From: a virus
Lineage: Duplodnaviria > Caudoviricetes
Direction: 5' to 3' (one strand)
DNA: 36,214 bases
IMG/VR virus record: IMGVR_UViG_3300044676_001919
Location: 1 to 36,214 of that record
Shown: positions 8,356 through 19,000 of the stretch, in pieces
Layout of the letters: the number at the start of each line of letters is the position of its first letter
Position numbering within the stretch: position 1 is the stretch's first letter
Made by a program: the position numbers and the translations under genes
The notes under the pieces: generated by a model
Database searches by the model: none
Seen by the model: the letters and a program-made list of their open reading frames with translations, nothing else
What the model was told of the DNA's origin: nothing

Positions 8356-10094
8356 TATCCCTCCAACGCTTCTACTCTAGCAGTTAAATCTGAAATCTGT
8401 GTGCTTAGTTCTTGTACTGCTTTTACTAATGGTGCAATTAATTGTGAATAATTCATATTATAAGCATCACCTTCAGAGTCATAATCTACAAGCTCTATAT
8501 CAATATCTGGTTCTGGAGGTGTATCTATTAATTCTTGAGCAATGAAACCCCATAGTTTTTTATTTCCAGTTATGTCAACTGAAATAATTTCACAAGCACA
8601 GTTTATTTTTTCAGTTGTTAAACCATCTTCGTCTAATACATTTTCCCAACAGTTTCCACAATTGTCATTTCCTTCCAAGACTACACAATCACATATAGAA
8701 CATACATTCTGGGTTTTAGGTATCCATTCAAATTGAACAGGTCTTAAAGTATTTAAGTAATCTAATCCATAAGGTATATTTTCTATATTTTCTTTTAATC
8801 TTTCATCAGAAGTAGTAGATACACCATTTGAGGCGTATAATCTATTAAATCTATTAGTAGAGAAACCAATCAAACCAGAACCATCTAAACTCTGTGAATG
8901 CTGAATATTACCATTTACATTTATACTGCTAAATGTTGGTGTACCGTTAAAAGTTGAAGTAGTATCTGGCTGTACAGTATTTCCAGTTGGATTAGAAAAT
9001 CCATTCCAAAATTTACCACCAGTACCATCGGTAAAACTAACAGAACCTCTCAATCCATTGCCATCTACAAATATTGCTTGCACTGCTGTAGAAGAACTAA
9101 CATGTGTACCACCACCATGAGAGAATGTTATTTCATAAGGGCTAGTATTTACAGATAAAGATATTCCAGAACCAGCTTTAAACTCAACACCATAACCAGG
9201 TAAAACATTTAAATTATTACCGTTTCCTTTTAATATCCATTTTTCATAATTATCTAAATTACTATGACTATGACTACCAATGTCTGATATATCTGATTCT
9301 GTATGATTGTGCGAACTATTTGCAAAACTATGGTCGCTATCATCATGATGAATATTTAATACACCACTGGAACCAGTTACGGCTATATCTCCAGAACCAG
9401 AAATACTAACAACACCAGAAGTTGCAGAACCAACTGCAAGTCTTCCTGAACTAGTTACACCAAGTAATTTACTTAAAGTTGATGTTCCAGCACTATTTGC
9501 ATTAGTTCCGTTTAGTTTTATAACTGGATTACCACTACTAAGTGGTGTAGTAATGTTTATTTCATTACCAGTAAATTGAAGTCCATCACTAGTAACACCT
9601 GTAACTAATTTAATTTTTCCACCACTTAATGCTGATTGCTCTATTGTAAATTCTGTAGCAGCATCAGCAACTAGTCTTGCAGTAGTACCAGTAGATGTTT
9701 CAAATCTTATTTCACCTTCTATACCACTATTATCTAATATTTCTACTCTTGTTCCTGAAGTAGAAGTTTTTATAGAACCATTACCATTACTATCAAAAAC
9801 CATTTGTCCTTTTAGTTCTACACCAAATAAATCTCCTCTGATTGTTACATTGTTAAATTCAGCGTTACCATTTGAATTAATTCTAAAACCAGCTTCAGAA
9901 CCAGATACTGCACTATAGTTACTAGATTGTATATAGTCAGTTGCTAAGTCTATACCACCAACTGTTCCTGAACTTGCTGTTAAAACACCATCTTTAGTTA
10001 CAGAAAATACAGGTGTGTAATTTATGCTAGCAAAATCAGTTGAACCACTTGCTCCAAAATAAAAGTTACCATCAGTATCTATATGTATTGCCAT
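8355..10094 (-). CDS. Tail fibre/spike with C-terminal intramolecular chaperone (peptidase S74) domain (579 aa)
   Basis: SDERLKENI...L..LRPV.F.W...GFIAQEL...MNYSQLIAPLVKAVQEL...LTARVEALE is the S74 autocleaving chaperone signature; His-x-His motifs in the shaft. Confidence 0.88.
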   Translation of the reverse strand: MAIHIDTDGNFYFGASGSTDFASINYTPVFSVTKDGVLTASSGTVGGIDLATDYIQSSNYSAVSGSEAGFRINSNGNAEFNNVTIRGDLFGVELKGQMVFDSNGNGSIKTSTSGTRVEILDNSGIEGEIRFETSTGTTARLVADAATEFTIEQSALSGGKIKLVTGVTSDGLQFTGNEINITTPLSSGNPVIKLNGTNANSAGTSTLSKLLGVTSSGRLAVGSATSGVVSISGSGDIAVTGSSGVLNIHHDDSDHSFANSSHNHTESDISDIGSHSHSNLDNYEKWILKGNGNNLNVLPGYGVEFKAGSGISLSVNTSPYEITFSHGGGTHVSSSTAVQAIFVDGNGLRGSVSFTDGTGGKFWNGFSNPTGNTVQPDTTSTFNGTPTFSSINVNGNIQHSQSLDGSGLIGFSTNRFNRLYASNGVSTTSDERLKENIENIPYGLDYLNTLRPVQFEWIPKTQNVCSICDCVVLEGNDNCGNCWENVLDEDGLTTEKINCACEIISVDITGNKKLWGFIAQELIDTPPEPDIDIELVDYDSEGDAYNMNYSQLIAPLVKAVQELSTQISDLTARVEALEG

Positions 10095-10097
10095 AAT

Positions 10098-13000
10098 TTA
10101 TCCTATGTGTACCGAACCTGCGCTTATAGTCATTGTACCAGCTATTGTTGCACCTGAAGCTACCATTGTACCGTTTGAATCTACACTAAAGTTAGCACCT
10201 CCAAATGTTGAAGCACCCATAAATAGTCTTCCATTACTATCTACTTGAAACGCGTTACTTCCAATATCTATTGTACCTGCAACTAAGTCTCCTCTAAAAG
10301 TACCACTATTAAATTCTACAGTACCATCATTAGCTAATTTAAAACCTGCTGAACCAGCTGTATAGTTTCCAGTAATCTCTGTGTTCCCTGCATCTAGTTC
10401 TAAATTCCCAGCACTGAGTTTATTACTTGCTATTGTCCAACCACCTATAGCACCAGTAGTAGCAGTTATATTACCTCTAATAATCGCATCTGATATTTCT
10501 ATAAATCCATCTGTATAAGTGGCATCAGTTTTTTTAATAATCCAACCAGATGTTCCTTGTACATAATTGTCTGATTGAATAATGTTAGAAATCTTTGCAT
10601 TTGTGATTGCAGCATCACTTATCTTTGCAGTAGTTACAGCTAAGCTATTTATTTTTGCTTCAGTTATTGCAGCGTCAGATATATTTGCTGTAGCTACTAA
10701 GTTACCACTAGCAGATTGTTCATCTGAAGGGTCAGACTCATTACCTGCAATATCTACTGCAGAAAATCTAAAATAGTGAGTAGAACCATTAGGCATTTGT
10801 ATTTCTCCTACTACTGGTATTGAGTCTCTTATGTGAGAAGCAGTAGCAGGTAGCTCTCCTACTTTATGTTGACTTTTTAAGTTTGAAGTAGATAGCGAAA
10901 ACCCTGTAGATGTAGAAGCGTAAACATTTAAGTGGTCGATATCAGCTGATAATGTAAAATCTGTAATACTACTAATAGGATTACCTAACTCATCTTCGGC
11001 TCTACCTAAGCTGTGTATTATTTGAACTCTCATAGCTCCTGCAGCAATAGTATCAGCTGGTCCTGGTTTTTCAGGTGCAGTAGTATCTACAGCTGTAGTA
11101 ATTGTTCCAGTTGCATAAGGAGAGTAGTTACCATTAGAAAGAACTGCAGCTACACCGACATCATAAGTAGTTGCTAACTGCAAACCTTCTATTGTAAAGT
11201 CATTTTCTGCCCAGTTAATAGTCACATATGAATAATCAGCAGTACTGTTAGTAGGCTTATATCTTATTAAATAATGTAAACCATTCTGTATAGGTGTTCC
11301 ATTGTCATAGTTTGGCTCGTCCCAAGTAACTTTGATTAATGATTGATTAACACCTAAAGCATCAATCATACTTGTTGATACTAATTGTATATCTCCTGTT
11401 ACTCCTGTAGTTGGATGCTTTGGCCTTAGAGGTTCATACTGCCTATTACCAGAAACTACACCAACTGTAGGAGCAGTAAATCTTAAGTCATCTCCAATTC
11501 TTTTTTGTAAATCTCCAATGTCTAAAGAAGTATTACCTGACTCCCAAGAAACATAATCTGTTAAATCAATGTACTCAATTCTATATGGATTAGTATTTGC
11601 AAGTCTCCTTAAGTAAACACCATATCCATCTTTAATAGGCCATGTAATACCAGTAATTCTTATTTTTTCTGGATTGATAATTTCACCTCTATAAGCTACC
11701 TCATATAATGATGACCTACCATCTTCTATTCTTTTCTCATCTGTATCAACAAACCTAATTTCAGGGTCATAGACATATATCATGTCACCTACTTTAAAGT
11801 CTCCTTGAATGTCATAATCTTCAAGTGATAAAGATAAAGATTTTTTAATTTTTTTAAGTTCATTTAAAAATGCTTCTGCTCTTGTTTGTCTAGAAATAGA
11901 TGGCATATTAGGTTCTGATACGAACTGAACCCTTTCAAGTTCGTTACCAAACAAATCTCTGAAAGGATTATCAGCATCAAAAGCTTCTGCTAAATCTGAA
12001 TTTTGTGAATTTGCAGAGTTGTTTACTAAGTACTCAACACCTGAAACATAGTCTTCTGCTTCAAATTGTGAAGTTATACTTTCAGGATTTAAACCAGAAA
12101 TACTTGGGTCTTCACCATTACTATTTCTAGCAATGATTGCAGTAGGCTCGTTTGTTCCATGACCAGCAAACAATACTTCTGCTTTACCAGCATCTAATGT
12201 GGCATCGTTATTTACTCTAAACTCGACTTCTAGTTGTTGACATACTCTTTCTACGGCAGATAATGCAGACTCAACATAATGGTCTCCATTATATAATCCA
12301 GTAGTAGAAGTGGTAGTAAGAGCAGATGAAGGTGGAGTAAAGTCAGCAGTGTATATTGCAGTACCTTTAGTTATTCTAAAATCATCTATAAAACCATGAA
12401 AATAATCAGCACCCTGTGAACGACCAATAGAAAACTTTAATGTACCATCTCTGGTATTTCTAGCAATAGACTTTGTAGATTGCCATTCATCTTGTTTAAC
12501 ACCATTTTTAAAAGTTTTAAAAGTATTACCTTGTCTACTTATAGCAAAGTGATTCCATTGACCGTAGTCGATAGTACCTAAAGATTTACCATCAGCTATA
12601 TCATAAGTGCCACTATCTACTGAACCAGATATACTTGCTTGTCCAAGAAAGCTTCTTAAGTAAACCTTTGAAGTTCCAGAACCATTATGATTTAAACCTA
12701 ATATCATTGCTGGTGTTTGACCATCAGGGTTGGAAGCGAACACTGCTCCATGCTTAGTCGCACTTCTAATTGTTGCAGATACATCAGAGCCGTGATACCA
12801 CTTTTCATTAGGTACCCAATATTGAGAATAGTTCTGTTGAAACAATGGGTCTTGTTTATATGCCAGTGGGTCACCTGGGTCTGTTTCAAATATTGTTCTA
12901 TTGCCTGTGTAATAATCAGGATATATTATTCCTGGAGTATCAGCTAAGTTTACAGCTGCTGATAGTTCACCAGTCCAAAAATCTACAGCTGGTGTATTGT

Positions 13001-14084
13001 TTGTTGTATTACTTTGAAGTTGAGGTGCTGTTTTTAAACTTGGTGCAGTACCGCCTGGATTTAATATTGGTTTCTGATTACCACCACTAGGACCATTAGG
13101 AATAAATCTTTGTCTACTATCATAATCTGGTTTTGCTCTAAAGTAATTGCTTAATATAGGAGCTCCCTGATACCAGTTTGGTTGTGTTGGTGGAGATATA
13201 TTTTGAGCCACTGTTCTAGTATTACCAGTTCCTAGTAGTTCATCAATGTCATCATTTCTTCTGTTTATTAATCCAACATCCCAGTAAGCATTACTAAAGC
13301 TACCTCTTAAAGCAAGAAACATTAATGCATAAGCAGCATCATTGTATGCAGTTAAGGCTGACTCAGATGTAACACTTGTCCCATCAACTTCTTTGTAAAG
13401 ATGAGCAAAGAAACTTTTGTCAAAACCATTCACACCTCTGTGATAGCAAACACTACACATCATATCAAAATGTTTTTGTGCAAGTGCAGCGTCGTAAGGA
13501 AAAGCATCTTCATAACCTTGAAAAGTTGCCTTAACTTGATTCACATAGCTTGGAAGTTTATTGACCGTTAATAAGCTTGTAGCTAATGATTCACTAAATC
13601 TTTTAGTCGAGTTAGTTGAGTTGTTTCCATTGTAAGCTAATCTAATTTTTTTATTTTGTATCAAAGTTCCTGATGAATTTATATAAAATCCGCCAGTACT
13701 ATTTAAGGCATTGTTGTTAGAAAAAGAAACTGGGAAAGTATAAGTAGTTCCATCTATTTCTATTCCATTTTCATACACTTGATAATATAAATCATCTTTA
13801 CCAGGTATTCCGTCAAAGGTATGTCCATAACCAACAGTTAGAGTACCTCTAATTGCTTTGTGAAAAAGAGGGTCATAAGGAACTCTTCCCATAAAAGTAG
13901 CATGTGCTGTATATATACCTGTACCAGAAGGAACAGGGTCGCTATCAACATATAGATGGGTTCCATTATCTTGAAGAACAGGATATCCATCATCATATAC
14001 AAAAGGCACAAAAGCCTCATGTTGTTTTAAATTTGCTACACCCTGTGCGGATATTGATGCGTTTGCTAAATCGAACTGTGGCAT
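10098..14084 (-). CDS. Tail tip/hub protein: N-terminal GH24 lysozyme-like domain, C-half of a LamG domain, hub region, FN3 domain, beta-repeat fibre (1328 aa)
   Basis: LKQHEAF..YDD...LTVGYGH...HFDMMCSVCYHRG...GLINRR (GH24-like); WNHFAISRQG...FHGFIDDFRITKG.AIYTADFTPP (LamG); VTWDEP...YLIRYK...IEGLQLATTYDVGVAAV (FN3); AITxAKI repeats; second gene after Dit. Confidence 0.8.
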   Translation of the reverse strand: MPQFDLANASISAQGVANLKQHEAFVPFVYDDGYPVLQDNGTHLYVDSDPVPSGTGIYTAHATFMGRVPYDPLFHKAIRGTLTVGYGHTFDGIPGKDDLYYQVYENGIEIDGTTYTFPVSFSNNNALNSTGGFYINSSGTLIQNKKIRLAYNGNNSTNSTKRFSESLATSLLTVNKLPSYVNQVKATFQGYEDAFPYDAALAQKHFDMMCSVCYHRGVNGFDKSFFAHLYKEVDGTSVTSESALTAYNDAAYALMFLALRGSFSNAYWDVGLINRRNDDIDELLGTGNTRTVAQNISPPTQPNWYQGAPILSNYFRAKPDYDSRQRFIPNGPSGGNQKPILNPGGTAPSLKTAPQLQSNTTNNTPAVDFWTGELSAAVNLADTPGIIYPDYYTGNRTIFETDPGDPLAYKQDPLFQQNYSQYWVPNEKWYHGSDVSATIRSATKHGAVFASNPDGQTPAMILGLNHNGSGTSKVYLRSFLGQASISGSVDSGTYDIADGKSLGTIDYGQWNHFAISRQGNTFKTFKNGVKQDEWQSTKSIARNTRDGTLKFSIGRSQGADYFHGFIDDFRITKGTAIYTADFTPPSSALTTTSTTGLYNGDHYVESALSAVERVCQQLEVEFRVNNDATLDAGKAEVLFAGHGTNEPTAIIARNSNGEDPSISGLNPESITSQFEAEDYVSGVEYLVNNSANSQNSDLAEAFDADNPFRDLFGNELERVQFVSEPNMPSISRQTRAEAFLNELKKIKKSLSLSLEDYDIQGDFKVGDMIYVYDPEIRFVDTDEKRIEDGRSSLYEVAYRGEIINPEKIRITGITWPIKDGYGVYLRRLANTNPYRIEYIDLTDYVSWESGNTSLDIGDLQKRIGDDLRFTAPTVGVVSGNRQYEPLRPKHPTTGVTGDIQLVSTSMIDALGVNQSLIKVTWDEPNYDNGTPIQNGLHYLIRYKPTNSTADYSYVTINWAENDFTIEGLQLATTYDVGVAAVLSNGNYSPYATGTITTAVDTTAPEKPGPADTIAAGAMRVQIIHSLGRAEDELGNPISSITDFTLSADIDHLNVYASTSTGFSLSTSNLKSQHKVGELPATASHIRDSIPVVGEIQMPNGSTHYFRFSAVDIAGNESDPSDEQSASGNLVATANISDAAITEAKINSLAVTTAKISDAAITNAKISNIIQSDNYVQGTSGWIIKKTDATYTDGFIEISDAIIRGNITATTGAIGGWTIASNKLSAGNLELDAGNTEITGNYTAGSAGFKLANDGTVEFNSGTFRGDLVAGTIDIGSNAFQVDSNGRLFMGASTFGGANFSVDSNGTMVASGATIAGTMTISAGSVHIG

Positions 14085-14088
14085 ATTA

Positions 14089-14781
14089 TCACGGAGTTAA
14101 CCTATACTCCCACCATTCTATTGTAAAGTCTCTATCGTCTACATTTAATAAGTTTGAATAATCAATTTGTAAGTGGTCATCTTCATCTGTTAGTTTTAAA
14201 GATGTGTTTCCATATTTATTTTGTGTGCTTGATATTTCTGCATTGTCATTAAAAGTTATTACATGTTCATTTTCACTAGCGTCAGTAGTAGTTTTATCTC
14301 CGTCGTTACCTTCAAAGTTTAATAGTATTTGAGTGTCTTGCTTTGTAGGATTAGTGATAGTTCCAGCTCTAATACTTCTCTGCATACCAGAACTTCCTTC
14401 TCTAAGTAATCCAAAAGGAGTACCATTTGTATTGTCTAAAACATATTCAAGTGTTTTTTCTTTATACCTTCTAACAGAAGAAACCCCACCCTTTTCTGCA
14501 ATAGGTAGACCTCTAGTATCACTGTCCCCTAAGTAAGCAGTAAGTCCAGTACCATCAATTACTACATTGTCCTCATCTATCTCTAATCCTTGTATAAAAC
14601 CTATGTACTCACTAGCAGCAATCATAGCTGCATCATCTAACTCATCATCAGAAACTCTTGTTGGCATAACAACAATATGGTCATAAGGCTGTATTGCATT
14701 TACTATTGAGTTAGGCACTTTTGTCATATCCAAACTTACATTGAAATTACCTGGTGCCATTAATTTTTCAGTTACGCTCAT
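14089..14781 (-). CDS. Tail tip/hub protein N-terminal part, ending in the N-half of a LamG domain (230 aa)
   Basis: Directly follows Dit. The C-terminus ILLNFEGNDGDKTTTDAS...AEISSTQNKYGNTSL...DFTIEWWEY matches the first half of phage LamG/ConA-like modules. Confidence 0.7.
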   Translation of the reverse strand: MSVTEKLMAPGNFNVSLDMTKVPNSIVNAIQPYDHIVVMPTRVSDDELDDAAMIAASEYIGFIQGLEIDEDNVVIDGTGLTAYLGDSDTRGLPIAEKGGVSSVRRYKEKTLEYVLDNTNGTPFGLLREGSSGMQRSIRAGTITNPTKQDTQILLNFEGNDGDKTTTDASENEHVITFNDNAEISSTQNKYGNTSLKLTDEDDHLQIDYSNLLNVDDRDFTIEWWEYRLTP

Positions 14782-16046
14782 CCTTTTATAATCCTACAAT
14801 ATTCTGATACGTTATCTAAGTACTGGTCTCTTATGTTATCTGATTCATTGTGTGTAGATAATGTACCATCTTCGTTATACAATTCATATCCAACGAATGC
14901 TTTGAATTGAGTTCCACCTGCGGCTGGATATATTAGGCCTCTTGTTAAATCTTCACTGAATGTATTAGGAGCACCAAATAAAACTTTGTTACCATCTGTA
15001 TCTAATGATGTTTGTTTTATATAACCAGTAGCAGTAGTCATAGCTGTTGCAGTTGTAAGGCCTAAATTTAATCTAGAAGTTATTGGACTTTGATTTACAA
15101 CAATAGATGCATGATGAGCACCTCTTCTAAGTGATATGTCTACAACTAATCTACCTTGACCATCACTTTCATAATTAGAAGTAAGTCTTATAATTCCAAG
15201 TTCTGGCATATTTCTTAATACCTGTATTGAGTTCCAACCTTGAAACTCTGTAGCTAATTGCTGTCCAGAAGCAGGAGTTCCCCTGTGGATAGCATATTCA
15301 TAATCACTTTGATAGTCACTAACATCCCAAATATAAGTTGTGAATCTAGATTGGTTTGCTTGATTTCCTACCTTAATCTTTATTAGGCCGTTCTCTATTA
15401 CTGCATCTCCTGGATTATTAGGACTATTAAGACCATTACGAGTAAGGCTATTTGTTGTTATCTTAACTGCACCTTTATAAAAATCTGAAGTGTTTACATG
15501 GTACTGTGCATTTTGTAATCGTAAGTCGTTGCTTGTTTTAAAGTACAACGTTACTGTGTCCTGTGTATTTGTTGTAGTTAAATCAGATGCTGTTCTTGTA
15601 TTGCTATCTGGGTCACTTATGTGAAAATAATTATAATGATTAGCAGGTGGAGTATGAAACTGTTGTGTTGTAGAAGTAATACCATGATTATTATCTATTA
15701 ACTTACCTGTTATTACTGCTTCCTTTACTACTTCTCCTGGTTTTCCTAAATACATCATATCTATTGAATAGTTAAAACCACCAAGACTGTATCTAGATAT
15801 ATCAATAGAAGAACTATTAACAACTACATAACCATTAAAACTTGAGTCACCATCATATTCAAAAGGAACATAGTAACCAGATTGTGCCATTGATATAAGC
15901 TCATCTCTAATGTATTTAACAGTATCTAAATTTGTCTCAGCTAATTTACCAGAAATATTCAAAGTCCTATCTCCACCACTTCCTTGAAAATTCAAATTGG
16001 CAGGTGAAGTAAAACTGATTCTACCTATGTGTACTTGGAAAGACAT
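14778..16046 (-). CDS. Putative distal tail (Dit-like) minor tail protein (422 aa)
   Basis: First gene after tape measure, TAATG-coupled, beta-rich; assigned by synteny. Confidence 0.6.
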   Translation of the reverse strand: MSFQVHIGRISFTSPANLNFQGSGGDRTLNISGKLAETNLDTVKYIRDELISMAQSGYYVPFEYDGDSSFNGYVVVNSSSIDISRYSLGGFNYSIDMMYLGKPGEVVKEAVITGKLIDNNHGITSTTQQFHTPPANHYNYFHISDPDSNTRTASDLTTTNTQDTVTLYFKTSNDLRLQNAQYHVNTSDFYKGAVKITTNSLTRNGLNSPNNPGDAVIENGLIKIKVGNQANQSRFTTYIWDVSDYQSDYEYAIHRGTPASGQQLATEFQGWNSIQVLRNMPELGIIRLTSNYESDGQGRLVVDISLRRGAHHASIVVNQSPITSRLNLGLTTATAMTTATGYIKQTSLDTDGNKVLFGAPNTFSEDLTRGLIYPAAGGTQFKAFVGYELYNEDGTLSTHNESDNIRDQYLDNVSEYCRIIKG

Positions 16047-19000
16047 TAATTTCTCCTTAACCCAGTTCCTGAACTGCCTTCTTTATCTAACTTTCTTAAT
16101 GCTCTACTAATTTGCTGTGCTGCTTTTCTAGCTGCAATTGGGTCAGCTGGAACGCCAGTAACGTTTACATTAAGGTTATTTACAACTGTACCACCCCTTC
16201 CATCTGATAATGGTTTTACTAAGAAACCGTTTCCAGGAATAAACTTAACTTCTTCTGGTCCATATTCTCCAACCAATGCTCTTTGCATAGGGTCACCTCT
16301 ACCACCATATCCATATTTCTTGACTCTACCGCCCATTCCATATTTTTTAACTCTTCCACCCATTGCCATACCAGTAATGTAATCTGGTAATCCATATAGA
16401 TATCTAGAATCAACTTGGTGTATTTGGTCCTTTATGTAGTCAGGTAACATTTCATAACCAGGAACTTGAAAATCAAAAACTCTTTTTTTTGTTTCTTCTT
16501 TGGCTGGAGGGCCATCACCTTTATAAACTGGTTCTGCTGGAGCTTCTGTCTCTTCTATAATATCTTTAGCGGAATTTTCAATTGCTTTAGTAGCTCTTGT
16601 GTCTAAACCTGATAAGTCACCTTGATTTTGATATACATATTTTACAGCATTACCTAATTCATTGTATTGGTCTGTTAAGTTAAATAACCTTGTCATAAAT
16701 TCACCATCACTAGCAATTTGTAAATTAAAAGCAGCTCTTGCTGATTCAAGTTGTAGGTCAGCATCAATGACTCTTTCTTTTGAAGCTGCTAGGTTATTTG
16801 TAGCAATAGTTAAATCTACATCTAGTAACTCTTCTTCTTCAATAAGTCTAATATTTTCTTCTCTTAGTCTTACAAGCTCATCACTTATAGCATTAGCATT
16901 ATCAATAGCTTCATTATTTTTATTTTGGGCATGTGTAAGTTCTAATAAAGCAAGTTTCTTTTCATCATCTGTTAAATCATCACCTTTCATTTGAGCAAGG
17001 TCTTCTTCTGCTGCTGCTAACTCTAAGTTACTTACTACACCTTTATTGTTTAATAATCTTAAGTCAGCTAACTCTTCTTCTTTCTTGACTATAGCCAATT
17101 GGTCAGAAGCACTTCTTTTACCTTGTATAGCATCTATTTGCTTTTGAATATCTAATTTATTTCTTAGTAGTCCTATTTCTTCTTCTACTGTTATGTTTCC
17201 TACTCTTCCAGAAATTTCTGCTTTTGCTAAAGCATCTTCATTTTTCTTAAGTCTTTCTTGAAATGAAGACCTATCTCTCATAACTCTAAGTAATTCGTGT
17301 TCAGATGTTATTCGACTCTTTTGAGCTTCAGCTACTCCTCTCATAGCTCCTGTTAGTCTTGTTAATGTACCAAAGTCTTTTTGTGCTTGTGTCGTTATAT
17401 CTGAAATTACTCCAGGTATTCCTTTAAGAATTTCATCTAGTCCTTGTTTTAATGAAGGAGTTTTACTTTTGATACCAGCGATAATACCGTCAATCATTGG
17501 AATACCAATCATGTTCTTAGTAGTCAAAGAAGGTGAACGAGATTTTAAGAAATCTCTTGCTTCATCTATTGCATCTACAAAGACATCTCTAAATGTACCT
17601 ATAAGATTATCTTTTTGTGATTCAATACCTTCTACAATACCGAGGGTTAAATCTCCACCTAAACCATACGCTTCTTCGTTAACTGTTCCAGACTCTATTT
17701 GTTCAGCAAGTGCTTTTCTAACAGCATCTTGCATTTCAGGACCAACATTTTGTAATAATTGTGCTTCAACAGCTCCAGCCATTTGTGGAACAGATACTGC
17801 TTTTCTTAATTGCTCAATAGCTGCGGGTCCTGCATCAGCAAATTGTTTTGCTAATAGTGGAGCAAATATAGATAACTCTTTTACAAGAGATGCAAACTCT
17901 TGTTCTAATTTAAGTTTTTGTTTTAACTTAAGTGTAAAGTCCTCAAAAGTACCAAGCATCTTATCTGGCATTGCACTAAATATGTTTATGGCTCTGTTCA
18001 TTGATGCTTGTAATGCATCTTCAACCATTTCCATAACACCTACAAAAGCTTCTTCGGTAAGGCCAAGCTCATCTCTCATTCTCTCAATTCCATCAGCAGC
18101 ACCTTCAAATTGTTGTTTAGTTAATCTAGCTACTTGTTCTGCAGCAGCTGTGTAATCTTGTGCAGCGTCTATTTGGTCTTTGAAATCAAGTGCTCCAGCT
18201 GCTACTAAAGCTTCTTGTGTTTTATTTAGATAAGCTACCCTTGCTTGAACTAAAGCTGCAGTTTTCTTAAACTCTACTTCTCCACCTTCTATTATTTCCT
18301 CTAAAGTTAATCCAGATACTGCTTGTAATGTATCAGCTATAAGGTCCAAAGCAGATGCCATTTCTAAAGCTTCTTCTGGGTCTAGGTCTTCAAACAAATC
18401 ACCAAAGTCACCTTTACCTTCAAGTATTCTTTCTTGTGCTTCAAATGTTTCATCCATTATTCCAGCTATACCCATAGCTCCGCCTGCTTTGTCTTTAAAT
18501 GTATCTCTTCCAGCAAGCTTGTCAATAAATCCAGTAATAGACATCAACATCCTACCACTAGCATTATCAACTAATTCTTCTGTATCAGGACCAAAGAAGA
18601 GCTTAGAATAAGCAGTGTCTATTGCTCCTAATATTCCACCTTCAAATTCTCTATTTATCTTATTTAGATTTGCGGTAAGCTCAGGACCAAAAGCAGAATA
18701 ATCTCCTAGTAATTCATTTATTACAGTGTTAATAGTTGGTAATCTTCCGCTTTGCATATCAGTAACTAATGTACTCATTGACATTGCAAACTTTTCACTA
18801 AATGTATTAAGGTCAGTACCCAGTACTGCAGCTGTAGACCTTAATTGTAAATCGACATCTCCACCCTCAGTAGCTGCTGCTTCTAATATAGGTAAAAGCA
18901 ATCCAGCAGATTCTTTTCTAATATTTAACTTACCTTTTCTTAATGCTTCTTCGATACTTGCTATTCTTGAATCTATTGTATCTATTACAGTTCTATCTGC

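Noticed and set aside
12760-14090. Self-splicing intron or intein explaining the LamG interruption
   Set aside because: No intein C/S...HN termini, no homing endonuclease motif and no non-coding structured segment seen; the insert is entirely coding.
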